DNA of 63,411 nt, filler included, from Octopus bimaculoides (taxonomy: Eukaryota): the NCBI RefSeq assembly GCF_001194135.2. It is 6 parts of 4 records of this genome, joined end to end, with 100 filler letters (N's around TTAATTAATTAA, not from the genome) between each part and the next. Parts side by side here need not be neighbours in the genome. Positions count along the whole stretch, not along the records: positions 1 to 8,755 come from NC_068982.1; positions 8,856 to 20,537 come from NC_068991.1; 4 more parts are not named here. The stretch is one strand, 5' to 3'. The notes beneath the pieces are model-generated. The model worked only from the letters and a program-made list of their open reading frames with translations. It had not been told where the DNA came from and searched no databases. The translations under genes were made by a program, and so were the position numbers. Shown one piece after another: positions 1 through 12,990 of this stretch; the first letter of the stretch is position 1, and each line of letters starts with the position of its first letter.

Positions 1-229
1 TCATCTCGTTGCTCCCCTTTCTTCCACACTCGCCCCCCCCCTCCTTTGCTCTCTTATCTTTTGCTCTCCTCCCCCCGCCACACCTTCCCTCCGACCGACC
101 GCCATCACTTCCCTCAATATTAAAATCAATCAACCTCAAATATATTTGATGTTTCATCTGGAATTGATTAATGTGCATGTGTACGTGCAGTGAGTGTGCA
201 GGGGGTGTGAATGTATGTATAACAGTGTG

Positions 230-314
230 TGTGTGTTTGTATGAGTGCCTGGTATGTATAATGCCCCTATTCAACGTATTGATTCTGAATGTTTAATTAT
301 GTATATGTGTGTGC

Positions 315-376
<62 letters not shown>

Positions 377-921
377 ATCTATATCCGTGTGTGTGCAAAA
401 TTAGAATTGTGTCTAGAATGCATGCAGTTAGTATGGTTTGATGTGTGTGCGTGGGTGTGTCTGTATAACTGTGTGTTTATGTATTAGTGTCTGTGAGTGT
501 ATGTATGTGTTGATGTGTAATTGCATTCTGTGTTTATAGTGTATGTGTGTGTGTGTGTGCATGCATACATATGTCTTTCTGTCACATGTTTGATAAGTTG
601 TATATGTTATTAGATTATGCATGCAAATATGTGCATGTGTATATGCATGGGTGCATTAGGATCTTAAGTTTATGTTGATGTTTTTCAAACTATGTGTATT
701 GTGTATGCATGTATATAATATATAATGCATAAATATATTTATATACATGCACAGACGTCAATACATATATGTGTGTGCATGCGTCAAAATATACATGTGT
801 ACATGTACACACATATACATATATCTACATACATCAGTGCATATATATATGTGTGTGTGTACATATACTTATACATCAAAATATCCATATATACACACAC
901 ACACATATGTACATACATAGA

Positions 922-985
<64 letters not shown>

Positions 986-1121
986 CACACATTTATACAT
1001 ACATGGATATGTAGACATTGATGCATATATATATATTCATATACACATACATACATGTGCATACACATGCATGTATATACATACACACACATACATATAT
1101 TTATACGCACCCAATCACATG

Positions 1122-1157
<36 letters not shown>

Positions 1158-1320
1158 AATTATTGTTTTCAGTTTGTATATGTGTAGCTACACATGTGGT
1201 TTATGTGTATATACTTACATGTATAATGTTAAGTGTGTACATGTGTGTGTGTGTGTGTGTGCGTGTGCTATGTATGTTTGTATGCATATCATGTTGTTTT
1301 GCAGCATGTTTGTTTCATAG
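230..1320. repeat. Degenerate (TG/CA/TA)n low-complexity field
   Basis: Mixed TG, TA and CA dinucleotide runs; the YIYI/CVCV/HTHT ORFs here are repeat translations. Confidence 0.95.
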
Positions 1321-2164
1321 GGCTAGTTAATCTGTTAGCAGCTTATACATGATTAGAAACATATCCTTGCCAGACATTAACTGTCAGGTGGAGAAGGAAT
1401 ATATCTATGTATGTATGCATGCACAGATTCTCCTGTGTATGCATGTATGTATGGAAATTTTACTGGAAATTGCTATATTGCATTTTAAACATATGTAATT
1501 ATGTATGGAACTGACTTTGTGGGAATGTGTATGTTAGAGTATTTGTGATTTTGTATGTTCATGTGTGTCAGTGTGATAGCAGTTGTTCAGATGCACTAGC
1601 TCTCACATTCACATGTTAGGGGGTAAATTTTCGACTTTGCAGTACTATCCAACCCATTCTAATAATTTATGTAGCCCTGCTTTTTCTTAATTGTCGATTA
1701 TTCATTCTACCAAACTATACCAGTATATTATTGTTTCCTTTCAAACAATTCCTGCTCAGAAAGTGCTTCTGTTGGTTTGGCTCTATATACCACTGTCTAT
1801 GAACCAAACTCCTCCAAGATGCAGTTATGCCAGAGCCTCTCCTGGATGGCATAAGTGGTTGATGGAGAATTGAAGACAGGTTCTAAAATGCAATTCAGTT
1901 TTGAATTGACATCTTGTGCTCGTAAGCATGATGTCTATAGTTGGAATTGCAACTGGGTGACAATCTTCGCTTCAGATGCCTGTAATTGCCAACCATGGTT
2001 GGTTTATGATTGTGGTACTATAGATTCTCTGGTAAGAGCTAGCTCAACCCCCTCTTGAGTTAACAGCATGTCAAGTGCATGTCTCATTCTTTTCAGTGAT
2101 GTTCATAATTTTCTATGAGTAATTAGAAACAGTGATTAATTTCCACACCAGATATAGTTTTGTG

Positions 2165-2500
2165 GTTAGAATTGTGCTTCCTAACCACATGGTTTCAGAT
2201 TCAGTACCACTGTTACGGCACTTTGGGCAAGTGTCTTCTATAGCCGTGAGCTGACCAAAGCATTGAGAGTGGACTTGGTAGATAGAAACTAAAAGAAGCC
2301 TATCATAATGTGTGTCTGTGTGACTGTCTCATTGCCTTGACATTATGCACTCGTTGTAAACAAGTGTCACCATCATGTTAGGAGTGTCCTTTCATTTCCA
2401 GTCTTCTGAGACATGTTTGGTCATGGAGAAATATTACCTTATTTGGAAACCGGAGAAGTCTGGCTACAGGAAGGGCATCTAACCATAGAAAATACACCTC
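2165..2500 (+). mobile_element. Decayed SINE copy (same family as 20157-20533)
   Basis: tgcttcctaaccacatgg...gggcaagtgtcttctatagcc...accaaagcattgagagtggacttggtagatagaaactaaaagaagcc matches the 5' half of the copies at about 20157, 27630, 45800 and 59685. Confidence 0.7.
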
Positions 2501-3867
2501 AGCAAATACATGACTCTTATTAGCATGGTAAAATGGGCACTAAACCGTGATGATGATATACATGCACAAAAAGAGAATGTTGTAATAATATTAAAAATAA
2601 ATAAGAGTATTCAGAGAGTGCAAACCTCCGCCAAGGCAACACCAATGTCCTCTCAACGATTAGCCAGAGAATATCTGAAATAAACTCGACTGCTCTCACA
2701 AACGAGAATACTAAAAATGAACCTGACCGCTCTCAAAAATTAAGTGAAAATAAATGGAAAAATAATCCAGAATCCTTGTCCAGTACCTGATCGATCCCAG
2801 TGGTAGTAATGGAATGTGAAGGTGGCTATAGAAAATTTAGTAACAGTAATAAATAGTTTATCCTTATCTAATACATGCCAAAGTTAACAAATTCACCATT
2901 CAAAATAGTTACAGCCTAAAGGAAGATAATTGAGAAAGACTTGGAAGTTAACATAAGATCGTATTCTCGTAAAGTATAGTAAATATAACAAATAATCCAG
3001 AATTCTTATTCGGATCAACTATAAACAGTAGTGATAGTTTCAAGCACTGGCATCCAACTGAGTTTTGGATCTAGAAAATGATTAGTCAATTAAAACAAAT
3101 CAAGTATATTACTGGTACTTTATCAAACTCTCAAAGATGAAACGGCAAAGTTGATCTCTGTGAGATTTGTACCCAGAGTGTAAAAAGATGTTAATAAATG
3201 CAAGTGATGTTATTTGCTGCTTTGATATTAAAAATAATTATTTCCGATGTAAAACCAAGGCCCCATTTGTGAATGAGGGGGTCTACAGTCAATTATATCA
3301 GCCCAGTACTTGTTGGCCGCTGTTTTATTGAATTTGGAAGGATGAAAGATAGTCAGCATCAACAAGATTTGAACTGGGGATGTAATGAATCGTGGAACTT
3401 CTTTGGATTTCAATGTTGTTTGATAAACTCAGTTTTTATGATTATGTAAGTGACTGGAATATTTTACAAGTCTGTGGCCCTGTGTTTAAGGTGTTAGCTG
3501 AAGGATCATGATGCTGTGAGTTCTATGCTTGAATCAGCTACGTAATGACCTTGAGCAAGGCACTGCTCCACTCTATTGTACTGAAAATGGTGCAGCCTTT
3601 TCTCTTGCCAGCTGTCACATCCTCAATGTTCTCTTTGATCAATGATTGACAGGTCAAGGTCATGTCTATGTCTATCTCTACTTCAGACTACATAAGCACC
3701 TAAAGCAATTAGAGAAAACATGTGCTACCAAGTCATTCTCGCTCACAAGTGATGTCTATGGTTTTGCTTTAAGATTCCACAAATATGTACAGTCCAGCCA
3801 GCAGGCTTTTACACTGTTTGTGTCAATGCAATTTCACTGAAAGAGTTTGGGTTGACCCAAAGCTATC

Positions 3868-4100
3868 ATTAACCCTTCAGCATTTCAACCAGCCATATCT
3901 GGCTCAAACATTTGTCTTGTTTTTGCGTTCAAACAGTTCAGATCTGACCTCACACACCTACCCTGCAATGTTATTCTAAAACAGAAACAAACACAGCATC
4001 AAAATACAGAAGGTACGAGATAATGCATGATTAATTCAGAGTAATGTGAATAAATAAGCATTACATTTGACAGAGTTATCTGAATGTTAAAGCATTAAAG
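3868..4100. mobile_element. piggyBac-like MITE, degenerate copy
   Basis: ttaacccttcagcattt ... tctgaatgttaaagcattaa; homologous to 7067-7294 and about 49380-49600. Confidence 0.6.
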
Positions 4101-4424
4101 GCATTTACTTATCTAAGATGCCACCATGCAGTTGAATGGAATTTGGGACCTCGTGATTCTGAAGCGAACTTCTTAAGCTTTGCCTGCATTCATAAAACAT
4201 CATCATCGTTATTATCATCATCATCATCGTTTTAATGTCCACTTTTCCATGCTTGCTTGGGTCAGAGTGTTATAACTTGATAGTTATAGCTAAATACAAA
4301 AAGCCATTTAGTATAACCGGCCAACTGATTCTGCCACTCCAATACCTTTCCAAGAAAGATAATAATTATGATAAAAATAATTAAAGCAGCATAAAAGAAT
4401 GGAGATTGTCATGTGTGTGTGTGT

Positions 4425-4498
<74 letters not shown>

Positions 4499-5107
4499 GT
4501 ATATGTGCAATATAGGGACTCTCCAGATCCTTGTGGATAACAATGGTTGCCCAACATTAGGATGAGAGGAACGGGGNNNNNNNNNNNNNNNNNNNNNNNN
4601 NNNNNNNNNNNNNNNNNNNNNNNNNNNNNNNNNNNNNNNNNNNNNNNNNNNNNNNNNNNNNNNNNNNNNNNNNNNNNNNNNNNNNNNNNNNNNNNNNNNN
4701 NNNNNNNNNNNNNNNNNNNNNNNNNNNNNNNNNNNNNNNNNNNNNNNNNNNNNNNNNNNNNNNNNNNNNNNNNNNNNNNNNNNNNNNNNNNNNNNNNNNN
4801 NNNNNNNNNNNNNNNNNNNNNNNNNNNNNNNNNNNNNNNNNNNNNNNNNNNNNNNNNNNNNNNNNNNNNNNNNNNNNNNNNNNNNNNNNNNNNNNNNNNN
4901 NNNNNNNNNNNNNNNNNNNNNNNNNNNNNNNNNNNNNNNNNNNNNNNNNNNNNNNNNNNNNNNNNNNNNNNNNNNNNNNNNNNNNNNNNNNNNNNNNNNN
5001 NNNNNNNNNNNNNNNNNNNNNNNNNNNNNNNNNNNNNNNNNNNNNNNNNNNNNNNNNNNNNNNNNNNNNNNNNNNNNNNNNNNNNNNNNNNNNNNNNNNN
5101 NNNNNNN

Positions 5108-5140
<33 letters not shown>

Positions 5141-5984
5141 TTATATATTTATACACACTCATACACACATATAAGCACACACAGATAAATGTATAAGCAT
5201 AGACAGATTGCTCTGTATCTATCTATGTATGTGTGTATGTAAATCTGTGTGTGTATGTGCATGCACACACAAACAGCAGACATTATACATGGCTCTACTA
5301 TAAAGGATTGCTTTGTTAGCATGTAATTCAAAGAAAAAAAACTAACTAACAAACAAAATAAACATACAAAGATGGTGGAAGATTGTAAGCTGTTTGTGTG
5401 GGTGGGGGATAGCGGGAGTGTTGATGGTTGTGGGTGGAGGAAGATTAGTGACTCCAGTTGGTGAAATTCCTCCAGGATGTTTTTTGGAATTTAATCACTT
5501 GCCTGATATTATATATGAAAAAAAAAAACAAAAAAAAACTCAAACAAGTCAAAGATGATAGTAGAACATCAACAGCTGCAACAGTGGTGGGAGAAGTAGG
5601 AAGAATCCAGCCTCTACATCCAGCATCAAGCACCAAGGATTCTTTCTCATGTTCTTTTTTCCCTTCTTTCTCATTCCCTTCATCAAAATGCTTTGTTTTT
5701 TGTATTTTTAAAAATGTTTTTAGCTTTGTTTTTCTCTTGACTCCCTCTGCTTTTTGTGTATGTGTGTGTTTCATTTTTGAAATTAATAGGGGTGAAGTAG
5801 AGGGTGGATTCTGTTATTAAATTTTGTTCCTTTTTTTTTTTTTTTTTTTTTTTTGTAATTGTATTTCATTTGATTCAGTTTTACTTACTGCCGTTGTGTA
5901 CTAATCGTTTTGAAGATTAAGTAAAAAAAATACCACAAAGTTCTTTCTGGTATTTTAATTTCAATGGATTTACAACAAAACAGT

Positions 5985-6368
5985 GGAGGCGCAATGGCCC
6001 AGTGGTTAGGGCAGCGGACTCACGGTTACAGGATCGCGGTTTCGATTCCCAGACCGGGCATTGTGAGTGTTTATTGAGCGAAAACACCTAAAGCTCCACG
6101 AGGCTCCAACAGGAGATGGTGGCGAACCCTGCTGTACTCTTACACCACAACTTTCTCTCACTCTATCTTCTTGTTTCTGTTGTGCCTGTAATTCAAAGGG
6201 CCAACCTTGTCACACTGTGTCACGCTGAATATCCCCGAGAACTACGTTAAGGGTACACGTGTCTGTGAAGTGCTCAGCCACTTGCACGTTAATTTCACGA
6301 GCAGGCTGTTCCGTTGATCGGATCAACTGGAACCCTCGACGTCGTAAGCGACGGAGTGCCAGCAACAA
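5985..6368 (+). mobile_element. tRNA-derived SINE, near full length
   Basis: tRNA-like head with A box TGGCCCAGTGG and B box GGTTTCGATTCC, an unrelated body, and a (CAA)n/A-rich tail. Confidence 0.85.
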
Positions 6369-7066
6369 CAAAAATACAAAAAAAAGAAGAATGTTTGTAC
6401 ATATCCGTATGAGTACATGTGTATGCTTACACACACGAGGTGTCTATGGATTTACATCTGAAAAAATTTCTCTTCAAGGTGCAAAACTAGACAAGTCTCC
6501 TCTACAGAAGACCAGCAGTTGTCCATGCATGCATGTATGTTTCCTCTCTCCACTGATATTATTTAGGGGGAAACCAAAGACCAATACAACTTGATCCTTA
6601 TGTTATTGCAGACATTACCATCAGAAATCAAAATGTCAGAACGGACACTACTAGACATCTTGTCTGGAACTCTAACAATCCTGTCAAATCACTGCTTCAA
6701 ATTAGCATCTTTATTTTATTAACCCAGAAGGATGAAACATAAAGTTGACCGTGGCAAGATTTGAACTCATGACTCCTTACATTCTCAGTTCAAATCCTAC
6801 CAAAGTCAGCTTTGCTTTTCATCTCTCTGGTGTCCATAAAATAATGGGTCAGTCTAATATTGGAATCAGTCTAATCATGTATCCCTTTCCCCTTGAAATG
6901 GTTAGCCTTTTGCCTAGCTCTTTACATTTCGAGTTAAAATCAAATTAAGGTCAACATAATCTCCCTGGAGTTGTCAGATAAAGTTCCAGTCAAAATCTCG
7001 ATTGATTTCAGTGATTGACTCCTCTCTCTCTCTCTCTCTTCTGGCCTTGTACCTATATAAGATTAA

Positions 7067-7294
7067 TTAACCCCTTAGCATTTCGACCAGCCAAATCCAG
7101 CCCAAAATATTCAACTTGTTTTGATCAAAACAGCCAAATCTGGTCTTTCACGCCTACTCGTAAAATGCCATTCTAAAGACATACAGTCACCTCATTGAAA
7201 TTTTGAAGCTATGAAATAATGTATGACTAATTCAGAAACTTGTGAATAAATGAGCATTAAATGTGACAGAGTAATCTGAATGCAAAAGGGTTAA
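7067..7294. mobile_element. piggyBac-like MITE with TTAA on both sides
   Basis: TTAA-CCCCTTAGCATT ... AATGCAAAAGGG-TTAA: imperfect TIRs with CCC/GGG termini and a TTAA target duplication, non-coding interior. Confidence 0.75.
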
Positions 7295-7669
7295 AAGCAG
7301 TCGGTTGGTAGAATCATTAGAGCATTGGAAAGAATGCTTTGTGGTATGTTGTCTTGCTCTTTACATTTTGAGTTCAAATTTTACCCAAGTCAACTTTGCT
7401 TTTTATCCCTTTAGGACTGACAAAAAAAAAAAAAAGTACTACTGAAGTTATTAGCATTGACTCCCTTTCCAGTCAAATTACTAGTTTTGTATCTAAATTA
7501 ATAATTAAAAGCAATTAGGAATGTTATTATTTGTATTTTTTACACTATTCTTATATCAAAAACTGGGTCCATGGATTCCTATGTTGTAACAATTATCTAC
7601 TAATCATGAAAACTGGATTTCAGAAAAATGTCTCTTTTCATTGTTGAAACAATAATGATGATGATCCTT

Positions 7670-8100
7670 TCTACTATAGGCATAAGGTCTGAAATTTTCA
7701 GGAAGGGGTTAAGTTGATTACATCGACCCCAGTACTTTATTGACCCTGAAAGGATGAAAAGCAAAGTTCACCTCGGCAAAATTTGAACTCGGAGCATAAA
7801 GAGGGATGAAATGCCATGAAGCATTTTACCTGGCATGCTAACGATCTTACCAGCTTGCAGCCTTAATAATGATAATGATAATCCTTTCTACTAAAGGCAC
7901 AAGGCCTGAAATGTGGGGATGGGGACTAGTCAATTACATCGATCGCAGTATTTGAGTGGTACTTAATTTATTGACCCTGAAAGGGTGAAAAGCAAAGTCG
8001 ACCTTGGCGGAATTTGAACTCAGAACATAGAGTTGGAAGAAATACCGCTAAGCATTTTGTCTGTTGTGGTAATGATTTAGCCAGCTCACCGCCTTGATAC
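7670..8100 (-). mobile_element. Two tandem copies of an abundant SINE (gagttcaaattccgccgaggtcgactttgc family)
   Basis: Direct repeat at about 7670-7865 and 7885-8095; the same family recurs at about 52840, 54405, 55020 and 61900. Confidence 0.75.
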
Positions 8101-8118
8101 TAATAATAATAATAATAG

Positions 8119-8304
8119 GACTGGCTCCTGTGCAGGTGGCACATAAAAGCACCCACTACACTCTCGGAGTGGTTGGCATTAGGAAGGGCATCCAGCTGTA
8201 GAAACTCTGCCAAATCAGATTAGAGCCTGGTGTAGCCATCTGGTTCACCAGTCCTCAGTCAAATCATCCAACCCATGCTAGCATGGAAAGTGGACGTTAA
8301 ACAA

Positions 8305-8310
<6 letters not shown>
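8119..8310 (+). mobile_element. SINE/LINE 3' tail fragment ending in a microsatellite
   Basis: ggcattaggaagggcatccagctgtagaaac...acccatgctagcatggaaagtggacgttaaac followed by (AAT)n; the same tail appears antisense at about 4200-4260. Confidence 0.65.
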
Positions 8311-8358
<48 letters not shown>

Positions 8359-8755
8359 TAAATTTTGGGGAATTATATTTTGCTCCTTATTAAATGTTTT
8401 ATGTGTGTGATCGCAGTAATTCAGCAATGTCCTTTTGTTCTTTATGTTCTGGCTACCAGAGGGTAGTTTCAAATTGTGTTCTGTAGTTGTGATCTACCCC
8501 ACCCTTTATTATTTTCTTTCTGTATGTTACAATTATTGTTGATAATTTTTTAAAATCTGATTTTGCAATCTGTGTGTTTCTTACTTGTCCATTCAATTCC
8601 TTTTTCCTTCCCTCTTTTCCCATACCAGCATAGAGAATGGACATTAAATGATGATGATGATGATGATGATGATGATTATGATATATATATATGTACATGT
8701 GTGTGTGTGTTAGTGTGTAGATATAAATATAAATATATATATACATATATATATA

Positions 8756-8855
8756 NNNNNNNNNNNNNNNNNNNNNNNNNNNNNNNNNNNNNNNNNNNNT
8801 TAATTAATTAANNNNNNNNNNNNNNNNNNNNNNNNNNNNNNNNNNNNNNNNNNNN
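8756..8855. other. Artificial scaffold-joining spacer (44 N + TTAATTAATTAA + 44 N)
   Basis: TTAATTAATTAA (stop codons in all six frames) at 8800-8811, flanked by exactly 44 N on each side. Confidence 0.97.
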
Positions 8856-9960
8856 TGTTTGTAAAGAATAAAAAGCTTTGAATGTTACAACAATGCACTA
8901 TAATACAAAAAATGGACTATATACCTGTCGTAATTTAGTTATCTATAGTCCGATGATATTTCGGAATACAATTCCTTCTTCAGATATTCTTATATGGAGT
9001 CGCTGCGATAATAGGTTTTCCAACGGCTTTTCTTTTTACGGAAGCGTCTCAGCAGTGGTCTCACCAAGCTCCTTTCGGAATTCCTCATGAGAAGTGCGTA
9101 AGCTCGGCTATGTTTCAATCTCGTGTGTGTTGGTACATCTGTAGCGCTGCTTCTAAGTTATGTGTTATACGTGTAGCTTCTCTTTTTCCCCCTTCTTTTT
9201 TTTTTTTTTTGTTATAAACAATATATGAGCATGTTATTAAGAATGAGCCTACACACATCCAGATGTAGCTAAATAATATATTGATTACCAATCTCCAGCC
9301 TGTTGTTAATTTGGGGTCCTAGTCTGTGTATGGGTATAGATTCCTTAATTCTTAAATTACCCAAATTTCTTTCATTGGCCTCAATTGTGACTGTTATGCT
9401 TTTGTCGGTGTTCCGGCATCTGTCTAGATGTTTTCCGAAGGAGGAGGCTCTCGTGTTCAGATGTTCTTTGATGCGGACGTGTAACGGTCTTGTTGTGCTA
9501 CCCACATAGATCTTGTTGCATTTGTTACATTGTATTTTATACACAACATTTACCCGTTGACATAAATCTGTGTCACGGATGGGACAATTTGTTAATGTGC
9601 ATTGATTGTTGTCCGTTATTCGTTTCTTTGCGAGGTGTCCCCTCAGAGAGGTGCCAGAGTGGGCTAGTTGTATGTCTAGCCCTTCTCTTCTTATGGCTCT
9701 TCGGATGGCTGTAGTTATCCTCTCGCTAAAATGGGGTATTTTAAGGAAGCATGTGTTGCTGGGTTTTCTATGTGTTCGGCGTGTTGGTCGTCTTGGGTTA
9801 CAATGGATCTATGATACCCGTTGGTTTTCAATATATCTAGGAAGCGTGTAGTGTGGGTCACCTTGTCCTCCGTTCTGCTGTACTTGCCTTGGTTGCGTGC
9901 AAGTTCATTTCTGGCGTATCCTATTTTGGCTATTGGTAATAAAGAAGAACAACAACACAC
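8856..9960 (-). mobile_element. Penelope-like element 3' fragment: RT-to-EN linker, GIY-YIG endonuclease, 3' terminal repeat
   Basis: 9269-9544(-) YKIQCNKCNKIYVGSTTRPLHVRIKEHL...LRIKESIPI...PQINNRLE is a GIY-YIG domain with CxxC; upstream ILKTNGY linker; 8856-9100 is homologous to 26200-26432. Confidence 0.9.
8940..8987 (-). ncRNA. Degenerate minimal hammerhead-like motif in a PLE terminal repeat
   Basis: Minus strand CUGAAGA-A-GGAAU(UGU)AUUCC-GAA-AUAU-C: core and stem II intact, palindromic AUAU stem III, stem I only about 2 bp. Confidence 0.45.
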
Positions 9961-10111
9961 CCGGTAAATTTCCTACGTACCAATTAGACCACCCACTCCA
10001 CCCACCCCAACCAACCAAGAACTCAACCACAAACTATCCAGATTGAAACAGTCTATCTCCAACATCTTAAGGAAGGAATCGAGAATAACCCCAAACTTAA
10101 CCAAGGCTGCT

Positions 10112-10546
10112 TATGGAAAAGTGATTCGAATCATTCCAAACATTTTTCTACGCTTGCTCGTTTTGGCAATGAAACTTTCCACGAGCATGTGCAAAGCGTT
10201 TTCCTTGCACACAACGTTTTTATGCACATGCCTTATAGCACAGTGTGTTAGACGGTGCTGCATCATTGTGGTACGTAGCCAGGTCTTCAAACGGTGAAGT
10301 GCGTTGAACGTTCTCTCGATTGATGCAAGGACAGTATAAGCTGCAAGCGAGAGATTGTTCAGCGCACTTCGCCGTTTGAAGATCTGGTTCCGTACCACAA
10401 TGACGCAGCACTGTATAACACACTGTGCTATAATACATGTGCATAAAAACTTGTGCAATGAAAATGCTTTGCACATCCTCATGGAAAGTTTCATTGCCAA
10501 AACGAGTGTAAAAATATTTTGGGATGATTGGAAGCAGTTTTCCATA
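10112..10546. repeat. Fold-back of about 435 bp built from a hAT transposase C-terminal (dimerisation-domain) fragment
   Basis: Arms about 10112-10327 and 10342-10546 are imperfect reverse complements; each encodes ERTF(N/S)AL(H/R)RLK(T/I)W(L/F)RTTM(M/T)QH...HVHK. Confidence 0.85.
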
Positions 10547-10799
10547 TGTACGAGACAGAATAAGCTGCAATAGTATCAATAGTTACTAGAACGAATAACA
10601 GCATCAGAAGCTCTCCATTTTTCGACGATGTCATGCAATTATTTGGGCAAAGTTTCTTTTCCGTCCACGGTCCAGCAAGGAGCTTGATGCAGACTTATAT
10701 TGCTATGAGTTATACATTCAGATTAAGGTGGCTAGTGGGGGAAAGAAAAGTATAAGTCTTCACAAATTGAGGAATTGAGGAAATGAGAAATGAGAATAG

Positions 10800-11131
10800 T
10801 TGGCCTGTCAATTGCGCTAGTACTGAGGCGTGGCCGTGGCGGCTGGTCATGTTGCTGTTTTTACTGCAGCTGTTGTTGCTACCACATACTTTTGATGTTG
10901 ATGCTACTTTCGTTCAGAAGTTTGTCATGAATTCTCTTGGGACTTTTATGACCAGCTTCATTTTTCTTTTATTTATCTTTGTCCGTTGTTTTAGTTGAGA
11001 AGAAATCTAACTTCAAGCAACTTTTACAGATCAATTTTTAGACACTATTTTCTGAACCTGGCAAAGGTATGTGAGGGGTCCAAATTTTGATTTCCACCCC
11101 CTAAAAGTTTTTGGAGGTGCAACTACACCAC
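10800..11131 (-). mobile_element. Probable hAT terminal/5' remnant
   Basis: ggggtccaaattttgatttccaccccc...ggaggtgcaactacacc is a hAT-type subterminal sequence next to the hAT fold-back; truncated by a gap. Confidence 0.3.
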
Positions 11132-11375
11132 NNNNNNNNNNNNNNNNNNNNNNNNNNNNNNNNNNNNNNNNNNNNNNNNNNNNNNNNNNNNNNNNNNNNN
11201 NNNNNNNNNNNNNNNNNNNNNNNNNNNNNNNNNNNNNNNNNNNNNNNNNNNNNNNNNNNNNNNNNNNNNNNNNNNNNNNNNNNNNNNNNNNNNNNNNNNN
11301 NNNNNNNNNNNNNNNNNNNNNNNNNNNNNNNNNNNNNNNNNNNNNNNNNNNNNNNNNNNNNNNNNNNNNNNNNNN

Positions 11376-11411
<36 letters not shown>

Positions 11412-12430
11412 GCTGCACAGGGATGAAGCTAGCTTCCACACAAAATGAACCATAGATTCACATATATTTTACTGCATTTACAAACAATGTGTACACACAA
11501 CGACGCGGCGACGTCAGGAATTTTATCTTGTAACGACGTCATAGTTCATATTAAATAAATGGCCATCTTCATGATTTTGCTCTGTAGACATTTCTCCACT
11601 GTATCTCCCTATCTAATGATCGTTATTACATTTTGATAATACTCGTGGTAGTAATGTTGCACACTAGATCTTTAACACTTTTGCTTGTCTCTATGACTCA
11701 AGCATGAATTGTAACAAAAAAAAAACGAAAATATACTAAAAGACGGGATTCTTCAATTAACAACTTTGATTTTTCTATTTTATATAATTTAAAATTTAAT
11801 TTTAAAATATTAATTTCCACGATATTTTGTGGCCAGACAGACTTGCTTATAGATTAGAGTACCTACGGAGTTAAGCATTATAATATAACATTTATTTAAG
11901 TTAATTTAGTTTAAGTCATTTAATTTCCAGAATTAAATATTTTAATTCTTAATTAACCTTAATTGCTTACCTTGTACATTTTTAAAGACGTTTTGGAATT
12001 TCTTGACCTTCTTTGTGTCAAATCTCGTGAGTATTTAAGCCAATAAATAATTCTAGGCATGCCTGCAGTCTGGGATAAAATTTAACTATTTAAAAAATGT
12101 TTAAAATATTTACTATTTCTGTTGATTATTTTTGTTAATGTTAATATGCTTGTTGTTGTTGTTGTTACGGGTTCCGCCTCCTTGTTTATGTAACTTTCGT
12201 TTCTCCTGTTCTTTCAACAATACACAAAAGTCGTAACATTCCATCTCCACTCGCTCTGTTGGAATCAAATTAGTTAGCATGGCTGTGCCGTTAATAAATT
12301 CAGTTCGCAACCAAGTGGTTTTGTGTTAAGTTCACTGAGCAGCAATGTGGTCAGTGTCGTCTACAGTGGACCAAGACTAACCAGTGTCATGTGAGTGGAT
12401 TTGGTAGGTAGAAACTGTGTAGCATCCCGC

Positions 12431-12472
<42 letters not shown>

Positions 12473-12990
12473 AGAGAGAGAGTCTTCGTGCCTCTTTGTG
12501 TTTCTCGCTGCCTTACCGCTTGATATCCGGTGTTAGCTTGTTTATGTTTGCGTTCAACAAAAAGAGATCTATCGAATAAGTACTTAAAAACAAGTCACGT
12601 TGGTGCCTCTGTATGACTGCATTCCGGTGACTGAAGCAAGTTAAAAAGCGAAAGGTTACATATTTATTTATAGTAAAGTAAGCTGTGATAGAAATATTCT
12701 GGGATGACATCCAACATACGAAGAATACCGGAACAGTGATTCGTAAAATGTAGAAGAATTCCGGGAATAGTTCATCATGGATAGGGTTTGACGTCCGAGG
12801 AGTAAACAAGTGCCAAGAACAAAGAATAAATTCCTGGTAAGTATTAAACCGAAATAGTTGCTGCATGTTTGGACTAGTTACAATATTGATTTGCACAACT
12901 GTATGCTGCAGAAACTATTATAGTTTCCAGTCAGTAGCTGATGAAGGTGTCCCGCAGTGCAACTTGTTATACATATACATATATATATAT

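Noticed and set aside
245-1330. Many 60-100 aa ORFs (YIYI, CVCV, HTHT)
   Set aside because: Translations of dinucleotide repeats; the same applies to the poly-H/I/M/K/R/S/Y ORFs elsewhere
5985-6060. tRNA-like sequence with A and B boxes
   Set aside because: No complete cloverleaf or acceptor stem, and it continues into a SINE body and tail
8800-8811. Recurring TTAATTAATTAA at roughly regular spacing (possible CRISPR-like or boundary motif)
   Set aside because: Always flanked by exactly 44 N on each side; assembly linker
12905-12960. GCAGAAACTATTATAGTTT followed by CTGATGAAGG (possible permuted type II hammerhead)
   Set aside because: Stem I does not pair and stem II needs a large bulge; at most two unrelated half-motifs
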